Positions 48,275-62,094 of a stretch of 64,000 bases of DNA are shown one piece after another (the stretch's first letter is position 1; every line of letters starts with the position of its first letter). The notes under the pieces were generated by a model. The model saw only the letters and a program-made list of their open reading frames with translations. It was not told the DNA's origin and did not search any database. Source of the DNA: the human T2T-CHM13v2.0 reference genome, Homo sapiens; assembly GCF_009914755.1 (NCBI RefSeq), contig NC_060947.1. One strand, 5' to 3'. Both the position numbers and the translations under genes were made by a program.

Positions 48275-48882
48275 CTGGGAGAAAAAGACAACATAGAACG
48301 AAGTGGGTCATTTTTTTCCAAGAAGAATAAAGAATTGATCATGGTTATTTGTGACTTGAACAACTCCATAGAGGGAATCTGAAGGCTTGCAGAGAACACA
48401 CTCAAATGAACTTGGTTCACTCTCCAGCAGAGTATGTCTGTGTTAGTGGTTCAGATTTTGTTAGTCAGGGATGAGGCTCAGCCATCAGTGAGTCTAAAGT
48501 ATAGCCATAGTTGAGAACCACTGACCTCTACTAACCAGCTGAGAGTCTGGAATTCAAGCCGCTCAAAGATTTTCTTTACCAAAATGTCTTTTCCCCTGAC
48601 TTTTGTACATATGACACAAATGTGTACATATTTTTGTAAATGTTGAGACAAATGCCAAATAAATAATGATAGGGATTTCAGCAAAGCACCTTTGAAGAGG
48701 TATCAAGGAGTCACTAGCACTATGTTCTAACTCCCTATATCTTCCATGCTTATTGTCTGGAAAATAAGAATTGGTGCCAACATAGGTGACCCTGAGTTTC
48801 CCTAAGATTCTGAAGGGCCCCTTCTTACTTTAAGAAAATTGATGATTCCTAAAACTCTAAGAGAATAGTCTGTTCTTCAGAT

Positions 48883-49062
48883 TAGTGTTTCTTGAGTGTG
48901 ATCCTGCATGAATCATCTGTGATGCTTATTTATAAGGCAGCTTGCTGGGTCCTATCTCAGTCCTAATCGATCAGTCTCAGGAGGCCAGACCAAATAATCT
49001 AATTTTTAATAACCTCCCCTGGGTGATTCTCATGTATAATGAAGCTTGATAATCCCTATCAC
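48883..49062. mobile_element. MER5B-like MITE
   Basis: agtgtttcttgagtgtg...aatcatctg...tttttaataacctcccctgggtgattct. Confidence 0.6.
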
Positions 49063-49988
49063 TATTCCATACTTAGAGAAAATCTTTCAGCCCCATGGAA
49101 ATACAGAATGGGGAGCATCAGAAATGTCCCTCTTTTAGGACTGTGAATGGTATCAAGAAATACATCAGCTTTGTAGTGAGTTAGGTAAGGGCCAAAATTA
49201 ACATCTAAGTTAACTTAATGCCCTTTTCCATCAAATAGTTTTCCTGGGACCTGAATAGCAGAGAACAAGCTTTCAGGCATTTCTTAACCAGACTCTATAT
49301 ACTTAGGTAATGACATTTTATGACGGAGCAATGAGAAAGGAGAGGAGTAAGTTAGAACATCTCTGTTTGAGGCTGAGGAAAGCAGTTCATTCCTAGAGAT
49401 CTTGAATAACTGAACCCTAGGCCATCCCAAAACCCCTCTTCAGTCAGTAGTTTCACTTCTTCCTTCCCCTGGCCTAAGCCACAACCATAATTAATTGACT
49501 TATTGAGCATCTTCCCCTCAGAGTAAGTGATAGAAGGGGGAAATGACCCAAAGGCAGCTGTGGTCATTGATCAGTTCTCCAACACCAGTGGGGGCTAGGG
49601 TTGTTCTCCTGGAGCCAGTTGGGTTTTTCAGAGTCCCAGGTCTTGACCTGTTTAGAGCACTTTGCTTAAGGCTGAAGGTAATAAGTGGCTTACATCCTTG
49701 GTTTTGCAAACTGGGAGGGGTAGCAGCATGCACTGGTTAACAGCCTGGGCTGCAGGTGGAGGAGAAAGAAAAAGAAGCCTGTGAGCAACTTGGTCCTGTG
49801 TGACCTCCATTGCCAGCCTCAGTCTTAGAGACCCAAATATAGCACTTCTAACAATCCTATAATCAAAGCCCCAAACAAGATCCACAGTTGCTTCTGTTTA
49901 GGTTCCCGAGGCTGTTGGTTTTCTCATTCCCCAGGAAGCCTTCTCTAAGGAGTTTGGAGGACCAAGAAACTCAAGGGGACAAAATCAC

Positions 49989-50093
49989 CTTTTATTCCTT
50001 TGAGGCCTAGGTTTCCTTTTGGACCTTGTTCTCCTCGGAGACCAGGGAACCCTGGCTCTTTGTTGTGTAGAGTTTCAGTCTCAAATTCTGGAC
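49989..50093 (-). CDS. COL4A6: COL4A6 exon 20 (105 nt)
   Basis: (S)PEFETETLHNKEPGFPGLRGEQGPKGNLGLKGIK|gtgatt. Confidence 0.93.
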
Positions 50094-50948
50094 CTTTGGG
50101 TAAAAAAAAGATAAAGGATTAGCAACTTGTATAAGCCTGATGACTTCCCTGACTCAACACAGCAGCTCAATCACCAAGGCCCAAGTCCTTGAGGCTGAAC
50201 AACAGAGCAGAGACAAAAAAATAAAATTCAAGACCGGGACCCCAAATCTGCAGCAAGGAGTCAACAGGACCTCTGTTGGCTCAATTCACTCTACTAATAT
50301 TTACAGAATGTCCATTATGTTCCAGGCACCGTATTAGACAGTGGGGTTAGAGGAATGAACAAGGTAGCTTCCAAAACTCAGCAGTCCCAATGTCTACCCC
50401 AGAAACCTCCCCTAGGACAAAAGAGGAAAGAGGTGCAAGCCGCAGTGGACATGGGCTTTAAGGTACAGAGAAACATTCTGGGCAACATTTCCAGCTTTTC
50501 TCTCAGAATCTAGAATCTCACACTCAAGTAGGAGATCTAAGAAGGATAAGCCCTGTGTAGGCTTTTAGCAGCCACCTCGAGGGTCCAGGCTTGGCTTCTT
50601 TTTTTCTCAGTCTCTCAGCCCACCCCATTGGAGCCTTGTGGACCAGGGCAAGCTCAAAAGAACCAATCCTGCTTCTTTAGGAGCTGAAAAAACAAAGGCT
50701 TAAGGGCTGAGAACAGTGAAAGATGGAGTGGGAATGGGTACAAAACTTGGAAGGCATTAGGCCCTAGTTTGCTTGTTCCTTGATGGAGAACACTCTGCTG
50801 TTATCAATAACTGGTAGAGGCAGGGATCTGACTCAGAGACGACGGGGCCTTCATGGCTGCCCCTCTGCAATTATCATGTATCCTGGCTTAGCTGTTTCAC
50901 CTGTGAGATGCCCCCTCAAAAATCATGACTGTTCTGCAGTCTGGATCA

Positions 50949-51158
<210 letters not shown>

Positions 51159-52069
51159 TCATTATATCACCTTACTCTCTGGAGTATTCCTATCTGTGGC
51201 ATATGTTGGAAACAAATCCAAGGAAGAATTTAGGGAAGCATTTGCCCTTCTCTTGTATCAGAGTTAGAAGGATCCTTAGGGATCAATTAGCCTAACCTCT
51301 TGGGAAACAGAGACCCAAAGAAGAGAGGAAACATGATCAGGGGCCCAGCATTTCTCAGTGGCAAACCTGAGAGGAAAATCTGGGTCTCTAGCCTTTCATT
51401 TCTTGATTTTTTTCCAACTTGGTCCTGGGGCCAGCTGTACCATTTCCAGGTGGCTGCTTTAAAAACATAGGTATCCTCACAGCAGCCCATCTCCAAGGAA
51501 TTTAGAAACTGGTGGCTTTAAAAGTAAAAGTTGAACTTTATATCTGGGGCATCACTGCCTCCCAGACTCTGGCATGCCCTTTTCCCACATGTCACTATAG
51601 AATGACATATGGATGTGATTAGTTCAAGAGTGTTACCCACAAGATCCTGGGACCATTCAGTGCCTGGCTGAATCCTACAGCAAGGTTCTGGGTACAAATC
51701 TTCCTCTGGGCTTTTGCTAGCCCCTCTTGGCAAGCATCAGCTGGGATGGCACATCCACAGGAGGGTGACACAGCTCCAGCAACTCAACCCAGGACTCCTC
51801 TTGTTGCTGCAAACCTCAGTGACAGTCTAGGATTGCCTGTCCAGCTATGATACATTATTTAAGCCAAAAACAAAAGCTGCTCACCCAGGCCCTCACTACC
51901 CCCACATACGTTAGCCTTGGGCTGGCAGTCGGGAACCTACTGACTACAGTCTACCTCTTGTTTGACTTTGGCTAGGTGTGTGCCCCGACCCAGAGGTATA
52001 GAAGGGAATGCTGGGAACCACAGTGTATAGAGGACTGATCTGTGTAGGAAATGGGTTAGTTTTTTTCAC

Positions 52070-52177
52070 CTGATAATGCTGGCAATCCAGGGACACCAGA
52101 AGGGCCACGTAGGCCTTGGATGCCTTCATCTCCTTTAAGGCCTGGGAGGCCAGGTACACCAGGATCTCCAGGATTAC
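52070..52177 (-). CDS. COL4A6: COL4A6 exon 18 (108 nt)
   Basis: (G)[18 protein letters not shown]...GLPALS|gtgaaa. Confidence 0.95.
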
Positions 52178-53224
52178 CTGGCATTGTAATGAAAGAAAAT
52201 AGTAAATAAAGACAGAGGAGGCCCACAGATGCTACAAAATGCCCAAGAAGAGGTGCAGGAGCTGTCCTGGCATTAGAAGTGCCTTTCATGCCTTTCCCAA
52301 GTCTCTAATGCTAATGGCCTCACATGATAATGGGTCTTCTGGAGCCAAGGGGCCTTCTGGAGCCAAAATTAGTGTACTAAGAATTGTTCTGGCCAAGGCC
52401 TGCCTTTCATGATAAGCTCTGGTAAGTACTTCTTCTTCTTCTACCACTAATCTGCTGTAATGCCTAAAATGTCTACCATTTGGATTAAGATGTTGAAGTC
52501 CACTATTTACGTTATACATATATGTTTCCTGGGAGTGGTACACAGGAAGCCACTGTCAAATATTAATACCAAACAGGGCATGGGCCTTAGAGGATGAGAG
52601 GAGAGGGATAAGTTGGAAGATCCATGGAAGAGTCACTACAGTAGAAGCCTTTGGTCAAACAAGAGGTAGCTGGAGATACTGGGCATCTCAGTCTTTGGAG
52701 AAGGTAAAGGGAAGAGTTGGGCACACAAAATAACTAGGACAAGGAGAGGTGAAGACAGACTTTCTAAGCATCACACTCTTGAGGGCTCTCAGCCACTTGC
52801 TCCCCTAACTAAAGGTACTTTTCCACTTCCTATGAAATTGTCAAGCTCAAGCATACATGGAATCACCTACATGAGGCCCTGAGTATTCCATAGTATCAAA
52901 CTGAAGTCAGCCCAGCTTGGGGGTGGTTATCAATCCTTCCCAAAGCATTGCCAGGAGAACCATTTTCATCAAATTCAGGCCCAGGCAGACCCAAATCCTA
53001 GGCTTAGTGGACTGAACACAAAAATGGGGTGCTGGGCTTGGCTTCCCTGACCAAGAGATTGGAGATAGCTTTATTCCCCAAGCTCAGGAGCCATGAGGGG
53101 CTCTTGGGTGTGTCAAGTTTAGCAACAATCGAGTAACTAACAAAGTATCCTTTTAATAATTACAGGGGATATAGGATTTAACTTCCTGTCTTTATTTTCC
53201 ACTCAAATTAATGAGAAGTTGCAC

Positions 53225-53294
53225 CTGAGATCACAGCACCATCTATATCGATGAAAACATCTGGGCCTGGCAGGCCAATGTCACCCTTTTGACC
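53225..53294 (-). CDS. COL4A6: COL4A6 exon 17 (70 nt)
   Basis: GQKGDIGLPGPDVFIDIDGAVIS; weak donor gtgcaa. Confidence 0.92.
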
Positions 53295-53750
53295 CTGCAA
53301 AGATTAAGTACATTAAACACAAATATTTCCATTTCCTTATTACCCAAGATCTATGTGCCATTAAAGCCCATCCCTAGGAAAATGAAAGGTTCTTCCTTCT
53401 ATAACCCCAGATTTTCAAGATCAACTAGTCCATAGGTTAATTTCAAAGTCCCATAAATTTAAGATGAAGGTGACACAAAGCAGGCCAGAGGCCTAACATT
53501 CAATTGGAAACCTGTCAAGGACAAGGGATCCCAATTTTATTTTGCAACTCTACTCAAGGACAGTCTGCTCTGGGCCTTGGCTGTACCTAAGTAGTGCTAA
53601 GGAGAGAACAGAGTTTTAACTTTTTTCCACTCTCAACAGGCCTGGGCCTCTACTACCATCACAACCCTTGTTAGTGGATGATGTCAGGCAGAGGAAATTA
53701 AAGGAATTCTAATACTCCCCAAAGAGGGATTTAGGTACCAAAAACACATA

Positions 53751-53943
53751 CAGTGGCATATTCAGGGTGTGATGGTGGCAGTTATATGCTCCAGGTGTAG
53801 GCAAAAAGGGGATGCATTGTCTGTAGAGAATTTAAAACAATAGTGAAACCAACAGTTGGCAATTCTAAGCAATATGAATAAAATTTTCCTCATCTTCGGG
53901 ATGAACTTGCTCCCACCAGCTCCTGCCCCTTAGTTTACCACTG
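53751..53943. mobile_element. MER97-like hAT-Tip100 element
   Basis: Termini cagtggcata...tttaccactg; internal gcattgtctgtagagaatttaaaacaat. Confidence 0.65.
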
Positions 53944-54130
53944 ATCAAGTAGTATCTAAGAAATGCTCATTAGCAGCTTTGTGTGTTCAAAGCAGATTAC
54001 ATGCATTTCTTAAGAAAAAATTGAAACTTAAAAGGTCAAAATATTAAAAATACTTCATCTTATATACAGACATTTGTGGTAATTCACTCTTCTACCTACC
54101 AACCCTGGATTTTTCACTTCCCAACATTAC

Positions 54131-54184
54131 CTCAATTCCTTGGAATCCATTAAGCCCAGGAAATCCCAGGGTCCCTTTCTTGCC
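54131..54184 (-). CDS. COL4A6: COL4A6 exon 16 (54 nt)
   Basis: GKKGTLGFPGLNGFQGIE|gtaatg. Confidence 0.95.
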
Positions 54185-54678
54185 CTGTGACAGAAACATA
54201 GTTACCACTAAGTGCAAAGTATGAGAGCATAAGAGAGTCTGGTCTTTGGATTAAGCCAGGGCAAATGGCACAGGGATCTTGGATGACATTGCAGGGTATA
54301 TGTGGCTTCTATCTGACTCTGGAAGCTGTAAAATCTTCCAGAAGACAATACGGCAGTAGGTAGCCAATTTACATATTAGGAGGTACAAGGGCCATAAGGC
54401 TAGACACGGATACAAGCAGGCTGGCCTTGCTAGTCCCTGACAGCATGCCAAAGATGTATGACCACAGCATGGCATGGCAAGGCACTGAATTTGACACTGG
54501 ATACCCATGTTCTTGAGTGAAAAGAAAAGAGGACAGTGGCTAAGATTATACCAAAAAAAAGGGAGATGAACAATTTGCATTATAAGTAATGTCTCCCTTT
54601 GGCCATGTTAGGTAAAGCAAGGGGGACTTTTGATTGGGATTTTATACCCCAAGGCTTTAATGATATTAACCAAAATAC

Positions 54679-54723
54679 CTGTTGCCCTGGAGGGCCTTGG
54701 ACTCCTTCTGAACCCATGGGACC
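54679..54723 (-). CDS. COL4A6: COL4A6 exon 15 (45 nt)
   Basis: GPMGSEGVQGPPGQQ|gtattt. Confidence 0.94.
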
Positions 54724-54843
54724 CTGTAAAGAAAATAGTTACACCTTAGAAACAGCAATAGGCTACCTAGAAAAAGCCACTAGACTTATATAACAAAGTT
54801 ATCCAACTGAGTTCAGGATTTAGCAGCTCCTAAAATCAGGTAA

Positions 54844-55203
<360 letters not shown>

Positions 55204-56108
55204 TAAATAGCCACATGGAGCATTTTTTAATATCTAAATAAATGGAAACAGTTTAAGTAGTAGGTGGAATTTGATAGAAAGGCTGGGTGGTATTATACTT
55301 AGTCTGCATTAGTTCCAAGTCAGGAGATCTTTAAATAGATTATGGGAGGGCCTCGTCTTCCACCTCAAATGCATTCTTTGTTGGTGATTATATGTATTTT
55401 CAAGACAAGGAGCGGGGGAAAGTAGAGAAAGAAATGGCAGGGTAATGGATAAGTATGGCTGAATACTCAAAAGACTCTTACTAAACTTCATAGTCAACTT
55501 AACAACACAATTCTCTAAAATGTTACTTCTTTGAGGCTAAGCTTGGCCCACTGCTTCTAGCTCAAGACCTAAGTGCCCGAAGCTAGGAATCAGAGAGGCT
55601 AATAGTTATTTTTCCATTTCAAATGAGATTATTATTGGAAACTGTTGACTCCAAACATCACTCACTATGTTCTAGAACTTTCCAGGCTTGTTTCTGTCCT
55701 ATAAAGGTTGCACTTGGCCCTCTTTCTTCCATTCCTGTGCCACTTCCCTGCTCAATTCCCTCAGAATAGAATGGAATGAAAGCAAGGCAACACTTGCCTT
55801 GCTTTCTTTAGCAATCATTCTTTCTTGGTATCATTCTTTAGCCCAGAAGACAATGATACATGAGAGCAAGGAGATGAATAGGCTGAGGAGCCACCTAGAG
55901 TAGGGGGTGCCTCATTCCTTTTCAAGGGAGCCATTCAATCAAGGGAATGGGGCTAAGAGAGAAGGAGGTCTTAGGAACCTGCCATTGGGTTGAGGAGAAA
56001 CGAGAAGCTTAGGTGGCAATCAAGTTGCAAAACATAAAGAAGCAAACAGGAAAGAAAATGGACTAGATGACTTGACAGACCCAGGCAAGTAACATTCGAG
56101 GTTCATAC

Positions 56109-56177
56109 CCTAGGTCCTGGCAAACCAGGGATTCCCTTTTCTCCCTTTTCTCCCTTTTCTCCAGTAGTTCCAAGGCC
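56109..56177 (-). CDS. COL4A6: COL4A6 exon 14 (69 nt)
   Basis: GLGTTGEKGEKGEKGIPGLPGPR|gtatga. Confidence 0.95.
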
Positions 56178-57368
56178 CTAAATGAAAAAAGAAACCACAA
56201 GTTATAACGTTTGTTTTCTTGTCGGTCTCCTGGCTTCATCCAAAGCAAGGAGGCTATTTTAATTAAGCTCCACTCTCCCCTTAGGGAGGCTCACCATGCT
56301 GTCTCTTGTCACTGCCTGAGAAGCACATAGGGTCTGAATATAAATTGGACCATTCATTCAAGGTTCCCTTTTGGTTCTAGAAGTAATGTCTCCCCCTACC
56401 CACAACACTGTTCCATGTATTTATAGTATCATGGGCTAACAGTATAGAAATGATTAAATATCTAACCTTGTTGATTTTACAGATGAGGAAACCAACATCT
56501 AGATGGGTTAAAAATGAATGAGAAAGCCATATCTTGTGTTTTTCATTCCGGGGACTTTTCCATTAAAACAAGCTGCCTTCTATCATCTAGGAACTTGATG
56601 ATTTGACCCACAAATGGAGGATTATGCAAATTCTTGGGGGTTGATACTAGGGGGAAGAGCAAGAGCTTTTCCCCTTTGGAGACATAATGAGCACAACATC
56701 CTTTTCAGTGGGAAGAAGTATTTCTATCTAGGCACGGACTGAAACCCTGCAGCTCCTGTACTGGGACTGTAGGGCTCTTGCCTGGCCCTAGAGATAGTCC
56801 AAAGGGGACTGTGAGATGGTCTCCAAGCCCTCTTGCCCTGCTCATCAGAGGTGAGGGTTTGTAGCCATGAATATGACTTGGGGATTCTCTAGGGAAAAGC
56901 AGGAACTCCAAGAAGCAGAGTGAGTAAGAGAGAACTTCCCTCTGGGTCCAGGGAAAATGTCTGGGCCCCCAAGATACAGAATAGTTCAGTACTAAAGTGA
57001 ATAATGTTTTTCACAGAAAACTTAAATGAGGCCACTTTGTTGTTGTTTAAAATTGTACTTTTTGGAGCATAGATTTAGCAAACAACATCTTGGCTTATTA
57101 TGAAAGTAAAGGAGGCAATGAAGAAAAGGCACTAAATGTTGTGGAACATCTGTTGTCCCTTTAATGTGACCTGGCTCACCTGCTCAAATCCCATTTGTAC
57201 CTTTTTCTTCCTTTTACATACATACTCAGTGCACTCCCATGAGTACTGAAAGCTGGTTAAGGACCCCTTGGCTTTCTGGGCCCAGGGTTTTTCATTTCTG
57301 TTTCCTTTTGGCTAGTCATGTTTTTGTTTCTTTAATGTGGGTTGTTTTCATTGTCTTTTTATTGGGAG

Positions 57369-57370
<2 letters not shown>

Positions 57371-57414
<44 letters not shown>
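57371..57414. repeat. (GT)22 microsatellite
   Basis: Directly visible. Confidence 0.95.
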
Positions 57415-57416
<2 letters not shown>

Positions 57417-58396
57417 GATCCAATTCAAAGCAGGCTTTGGTCCCGTACTTACCTGTTCTCTTTTCTGCATTTAGTATAACTGTGCATCAAATAGCTCAGC
57501 CTTCATGCTACATTAAATTTCTAATGTGAAAGGCTCGTGGGTTAAACTGAATGCAAACTTATTTAAAATATGAGTTTTTCTGCATCAAACCAAGGCATGC
57601 TGCGACTTGGTGGAATGTCTATTGGCTTCTGAGGTCAAACGCTTCAGGAAGCCTTCTCTGACCTGTCCATGAAATCTGTGGCAGCCCATGCTGCCCGAAA
57701 CTCTTAAAGTGCAAAGAATGGTTGCATATGAAAGTTTTGTAAGCATGAGACCTATATTACACTCTCTTTTGTCTTTCTCCAAGGCCCATTACTACAGTCT
57801 GAACACATACAAGGTGGTCCAGTAAATACTTGTTGAACTGAATGGAATAATGGCCAAGAGAACAAAACTGTTGCAAAGGGTGAAGGAAATGATGTTCAGG
57901 AACCATCTTGTGCCCCCATCTATCTTGCCCTCAGTTGTAAATATAAGGGGGCCTTGTACTCCTTCTCCAGAAAGCAGAAGAGTCTTGCTTTCTCAGAGGG
58001 CCTGAGAGCTTATGCTATAGTGTGAACAAAAATAAATATGTAAAAAAAAATGTAAAAAGGAAAAAAAAAGACAAATTTGTGTGGGGGTTAGAGCCAAGAA
58101 AAGATAAATAGCTTGGCAAGACACTGGCTGTGCTGTAGGTTCAACTTGTCTCCCAGAATAGGGAGGCACTGTACAGGGACCCTGCTGAACAAGCTGTTCT
58201 AGCAAGATGCCCTGGGACTGGCCCCGTGACAGTCAGTCCTCCTCATGAGTAATCTTGCAAATGCTGCTCCCACACTCCTACTTACCCATGGCCTGGAAAG
58301 CCTCAATGGGGCTAGGTTAACTGTTTCCAGGCCTGCTCTCCTGGGCTCTGGACTCCTGATGCTCTTTGGTTCTCAGGAGGCTCAACTGAAGAACCC

Positions 58397-58463
58397 CACC
58401 TACCTAGTAGTTACCCCTACTGGGTAGGTGTGTGGGTAACTATTGACCTACTCAATAGTTACC
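58397..58463. repeat. Two adjacent inverted repeats (14-bp and 12-bp arms)
   Basis: cacctacctagtag-ttaccc-ctactgggtaggtg and ggtaactattga-cctac-tcaatagttacc. Confidence 0.9.
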
Positions 58464-59742
58464 TCAGGATTTGCCAGTTTCTTCTCTTATCCCTCCCCTC
58501 ATCTATTCCATTTTTGCCTTCCCCTGTGTTTGCTAGTCCCTTGAACAGAGGGCACATGGATATACAATTCTCTCTGATGACCTCCATGGAAGGACCTGTG
58601 GCCTACAAGTGTGAGTGTGTTGCTGGAGACAATGGGATAAAATGTGTGAGGTGAGGACTGAGCCAGAAAATCAGGGATGTTTGGTCACTGCAGAGGGGCC
58701 AAGAGAAAGAAGGTAAGGGGCAAATCTGTCAGGTTGGGCACTTTGTCTCTTACAAAGATTTGGACTCATATAGGAAGAAAACAAATAGTTAAAAGGAACA
58801 TTTTGGATTCCCTAGAGATTTCTGTCTTCAGTGCTGCCTTGTTTCTCGGTGAGTGTGGATAATTGAAAGCTGATGTGAAGGCTTTGGATTTGAGAAGCAC
58901 ATTTCCTCTGAAAAGCCCAGAGTATCACAAATACATTACCACCTTTCTCCTCATAACTTTTCTGTCATAAGCCATTCATATAAAGTACCTACGAATGTTC
59001 CCATTAAACAGATAGAGATATTAGGACTGAAGGAGTTACCTGATTTGGCCAAGGTCACACATTGAATCTGTGCCAAAGTGGGCTGAGAACTCTGGTTTCT
59101 TAATTCCCACCGTATGAAAACATGCTGTTCCATGTAAAGGGGTTATTTTCTAGCTTTGATGTCTTTACAATCAACTGGGGTTTCTATTTTTCAGCCCACA
59201 CTCTGAAACACTGGAAATACTGAGTTTGAAATGGTACTGCAATTTATCACCGTGCATTGTCGTCAGTCTCTTTCTTTTACAGGACAAAAGGGAATGGGTT
59301 GAAATTGCAGCAGGGGAAATACTCTGGGTTCGGATGTGGAAGGGAAGGGGAGGGAGGCAGTGTGAGCCAGTGAAGCCAATAACACCAGAGGAGATCATAA
59401 AATCCTTTTCAGAGATTTACAGATAAAAACCCCACCACGGCAGGGATTAGAGCAAACTGGACTGTAGGGGGCAGTATGGTATGGGGAAAAAGCCACCAAA
59501 TTGGCTAGAATTCAAGAAAGCTGAATTTCAATCTCAGCTCTGCTAATAATTAGCTGCGTGATTCTGGACAAACCTCTTCACCCGTTGAGGCTGTGGTTTC
59601 CTCATCAGTACAAGGAAGATAAGCCTGGCTCACCTTGCTTACCTCACAGGGACAATGCCAGGTGGCTAGAATCTATGTGAAATGCTCTACAAAGAAAGGT
59701 GAAAACCTTATTCCCAAACTCACTTGCAAAGTACTTTATATC

Positions 59743-60050
59743 TGTACTGTCCAATAGAAATATAATGTGAGCTACTATGTTATTTTCATTTTCCTAGTAG
59801 CCACATTAAAAAAGCAAAGTAAACAGAGATTAATTTAAATGATATATTTTACTTAACCAAATATATAATAAATATTGTCATTTTAACACAAGTAAAAAAT
59901 GTTACTGAGATATTCTAGATTTCTTTTCATACTACGTTTTTGAGATCTGGTGTGTATTTTATACTTACAGTACATCTCATTTCAGATCAGCCACATTTCA
60001 AGGGCTCAGTAGCCACACATGGCTGGCTGTTATCTTATTGAACAGGACAG
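59743..60050. mobile_element. MER33-like hAT-Charlie element
   Basis: ctgtccaatagaaatataatgtgagc...tagccacatt...gccacatttcaagggctcagtagccacacatggct... Confidence 0.8.
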
Positions 60051-60109
60051 CCTTATATTTTGTAAAGAAACTTCGCATACATTATTAGTTGGGTCTTAAA
60101 AGAGTAGCT

Positions 60110-60510
60110 ATATGCATGTTCTTACTCATATGCAGAAACTAAAAAAATTTATCTCATGGAGGTAGAAATTAAAATGAATAATACCAGTGGCTGGAAATGG
60201 TGTGAGTGTGGGGTGGGGGGAGAGATGGAGAGAGGTTGGTTAATGGGTACAAACATACAGTTAGACAGAATGAATAAGTTCTAGTATTCGATAGTGGAGT
60301 AGGGTGACTACAGTTAACAACAATGTACTGTATATTTCAAAGTAGCCAGAAGAGAGATTTGAAATGTTCCCAACACATAGAAATGATAAATGTTTGTGGT
60401 CATGGATATCCTAAATACCCTAACTTCACCATTACACAGTCTGTGCATGTAACAAAATATCACATGTACCCTATAAATATGTAGAAATATTTTCTATTAA
60501 TAAAAAGTAT
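60110..60510 (+). mobile_element. L1MA 3' end
   Basis: catgttcttactcatatg...aatgggtacaaacatacagttagacag...atatcacatgtaccctataaatatgta. Confidence 0.85.
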
Positions 60511-60859
60511 AAATATGACCATTGTCAAATTACAGATATAAAGAGAGGTTCAGTGACTTGCCAAAGTCCCAGAGCAGGGGCTGGGTCTAAAGTTTGGGTG
60601 TTCTGTCTCCAACACTAGGGTTCTCTTCCTTTCTGGTTCATTAGATACAGAGGTGATTAAAATCAAGTGCATTGAACAGATGATTTTCCATGCCCCCTTT
60701 ATTTCTATGGAGTAATAAGAATCATCATAGAAGGAACCTGTGCCACTGGCTCCACTGGCTCTGCTTTCTGGCCACCCAGAGAGACCCAAACTATCTCAAA
60801 GTACTGTAGGGAAGGAATGGAGTCATCTATCCCCACTGGCCCAGCAAGCACAGGCAGGC

Positions 60860-62045
60860 CTAGTCATCTTTGATTCATCCATTTCCCACCTGATCCCTAT
60901 TCCCAATCCATGAAAATCTTGTCAGCTGTTTCAAAACATATCTTGTAATTTAAAAGACACATTAAACAAATGTAATGTATTGGTCTTGTTTGGCCTCTCA
61001 TTGAAACAAGGCAACTGTAAAAATATATATATACCTATAAGACAATCAAAAATTTGAATTCTGCCTTGTTAACTGATATTAATTACTGATCACAAATTAC
61101 TGATGATGATATTGTCACTATGTCTTAAAAAGCCCTTACCTTTTAAATATTCAGAGGTATTTGTGATGAAATGATATGATTTGCTTCAGATTGGCCATAA
61201 ATTGCTAATTATTAAAACTGTGTGATGGGTACACGAGGAATCATTATGACATTCTCTCTGCTTTTGTAAATGTTTGAAATGTTCCCTAATAACAAGGTTG
61301 AACATTTTTACATTTTGAATCTATCCACTTCTTTCCATTTCCATTGCTGTCACTATAGTCTAAGTCACCACCACCATCTCTTGCCTGGACTACTGCAATA
61401 CCCTCTGTGTTTGCTCTTCCACCTTTCCCATTCCCTCTCCCCTTCCTCCCACAGCCAGAGTGATCTTAACAATACAAGTCAGAGCCTTTGAACGGCTTCC
61501 CATTACATTAAAAATAAAACACCACATTGACCTATGAAGGTAGCCAAGATCTGGTTCCTACTTCTCTGTCTGGAATTATTAGCCTTGCTTACTCTGTTCC
61601 ACTTACTCACCTTCTTACTGTTCCTCAAAAGTACTGAGGTTTTCTTAACCTCAAGGTCTTCGCACTTACGGTTCCCTCAGCCTTAAACCCTCTTTCTGAT
61701 CTTCACAAGACGTGCTCTCTCATAATATGCAGGTCTCAGCTCATACATCACTTCCTCAGAAAGGCCCTTCTTGACCACTCTGTCCCAAGTAGACCACCCT
61801 GTTCCCCATCCACATTTCATCACTTTACCCTTCTTTCATCTTTTATATATATGAACTTATATAACCATTATATGAACTTGCTATAGATTCATCTGTTTAC
61901 TGGTTTCTTGTTTGTTTTTTCCCTCACTCCCCCATTACAATGTAATCTCAAGGACAGGGACTTTTACTTAGTTACTGTTGTAACCTCCAAGTCCAGCAGA
62001 ATGCCTGGCACATAGGGACCCTCAAAAGGTAACTGATGAGTGTAA
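60860..62045 (+). mobile_element. L2 interrupted by an L1M fragment (about 60950-61300)
   Basis: L2 motifs cacagccagagtgatctt, cttcctcagaaaggcccttc, aatgcctggcacatagg; L1M motif tgatgggtacacgagg...tgtttgaaat. Confidence 0.65.
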
Positions 62046-62094
62046 GGATCTAAGCTAGAAAGGCAGATATGAAAGTGGAGGTAGGATTACTAAG

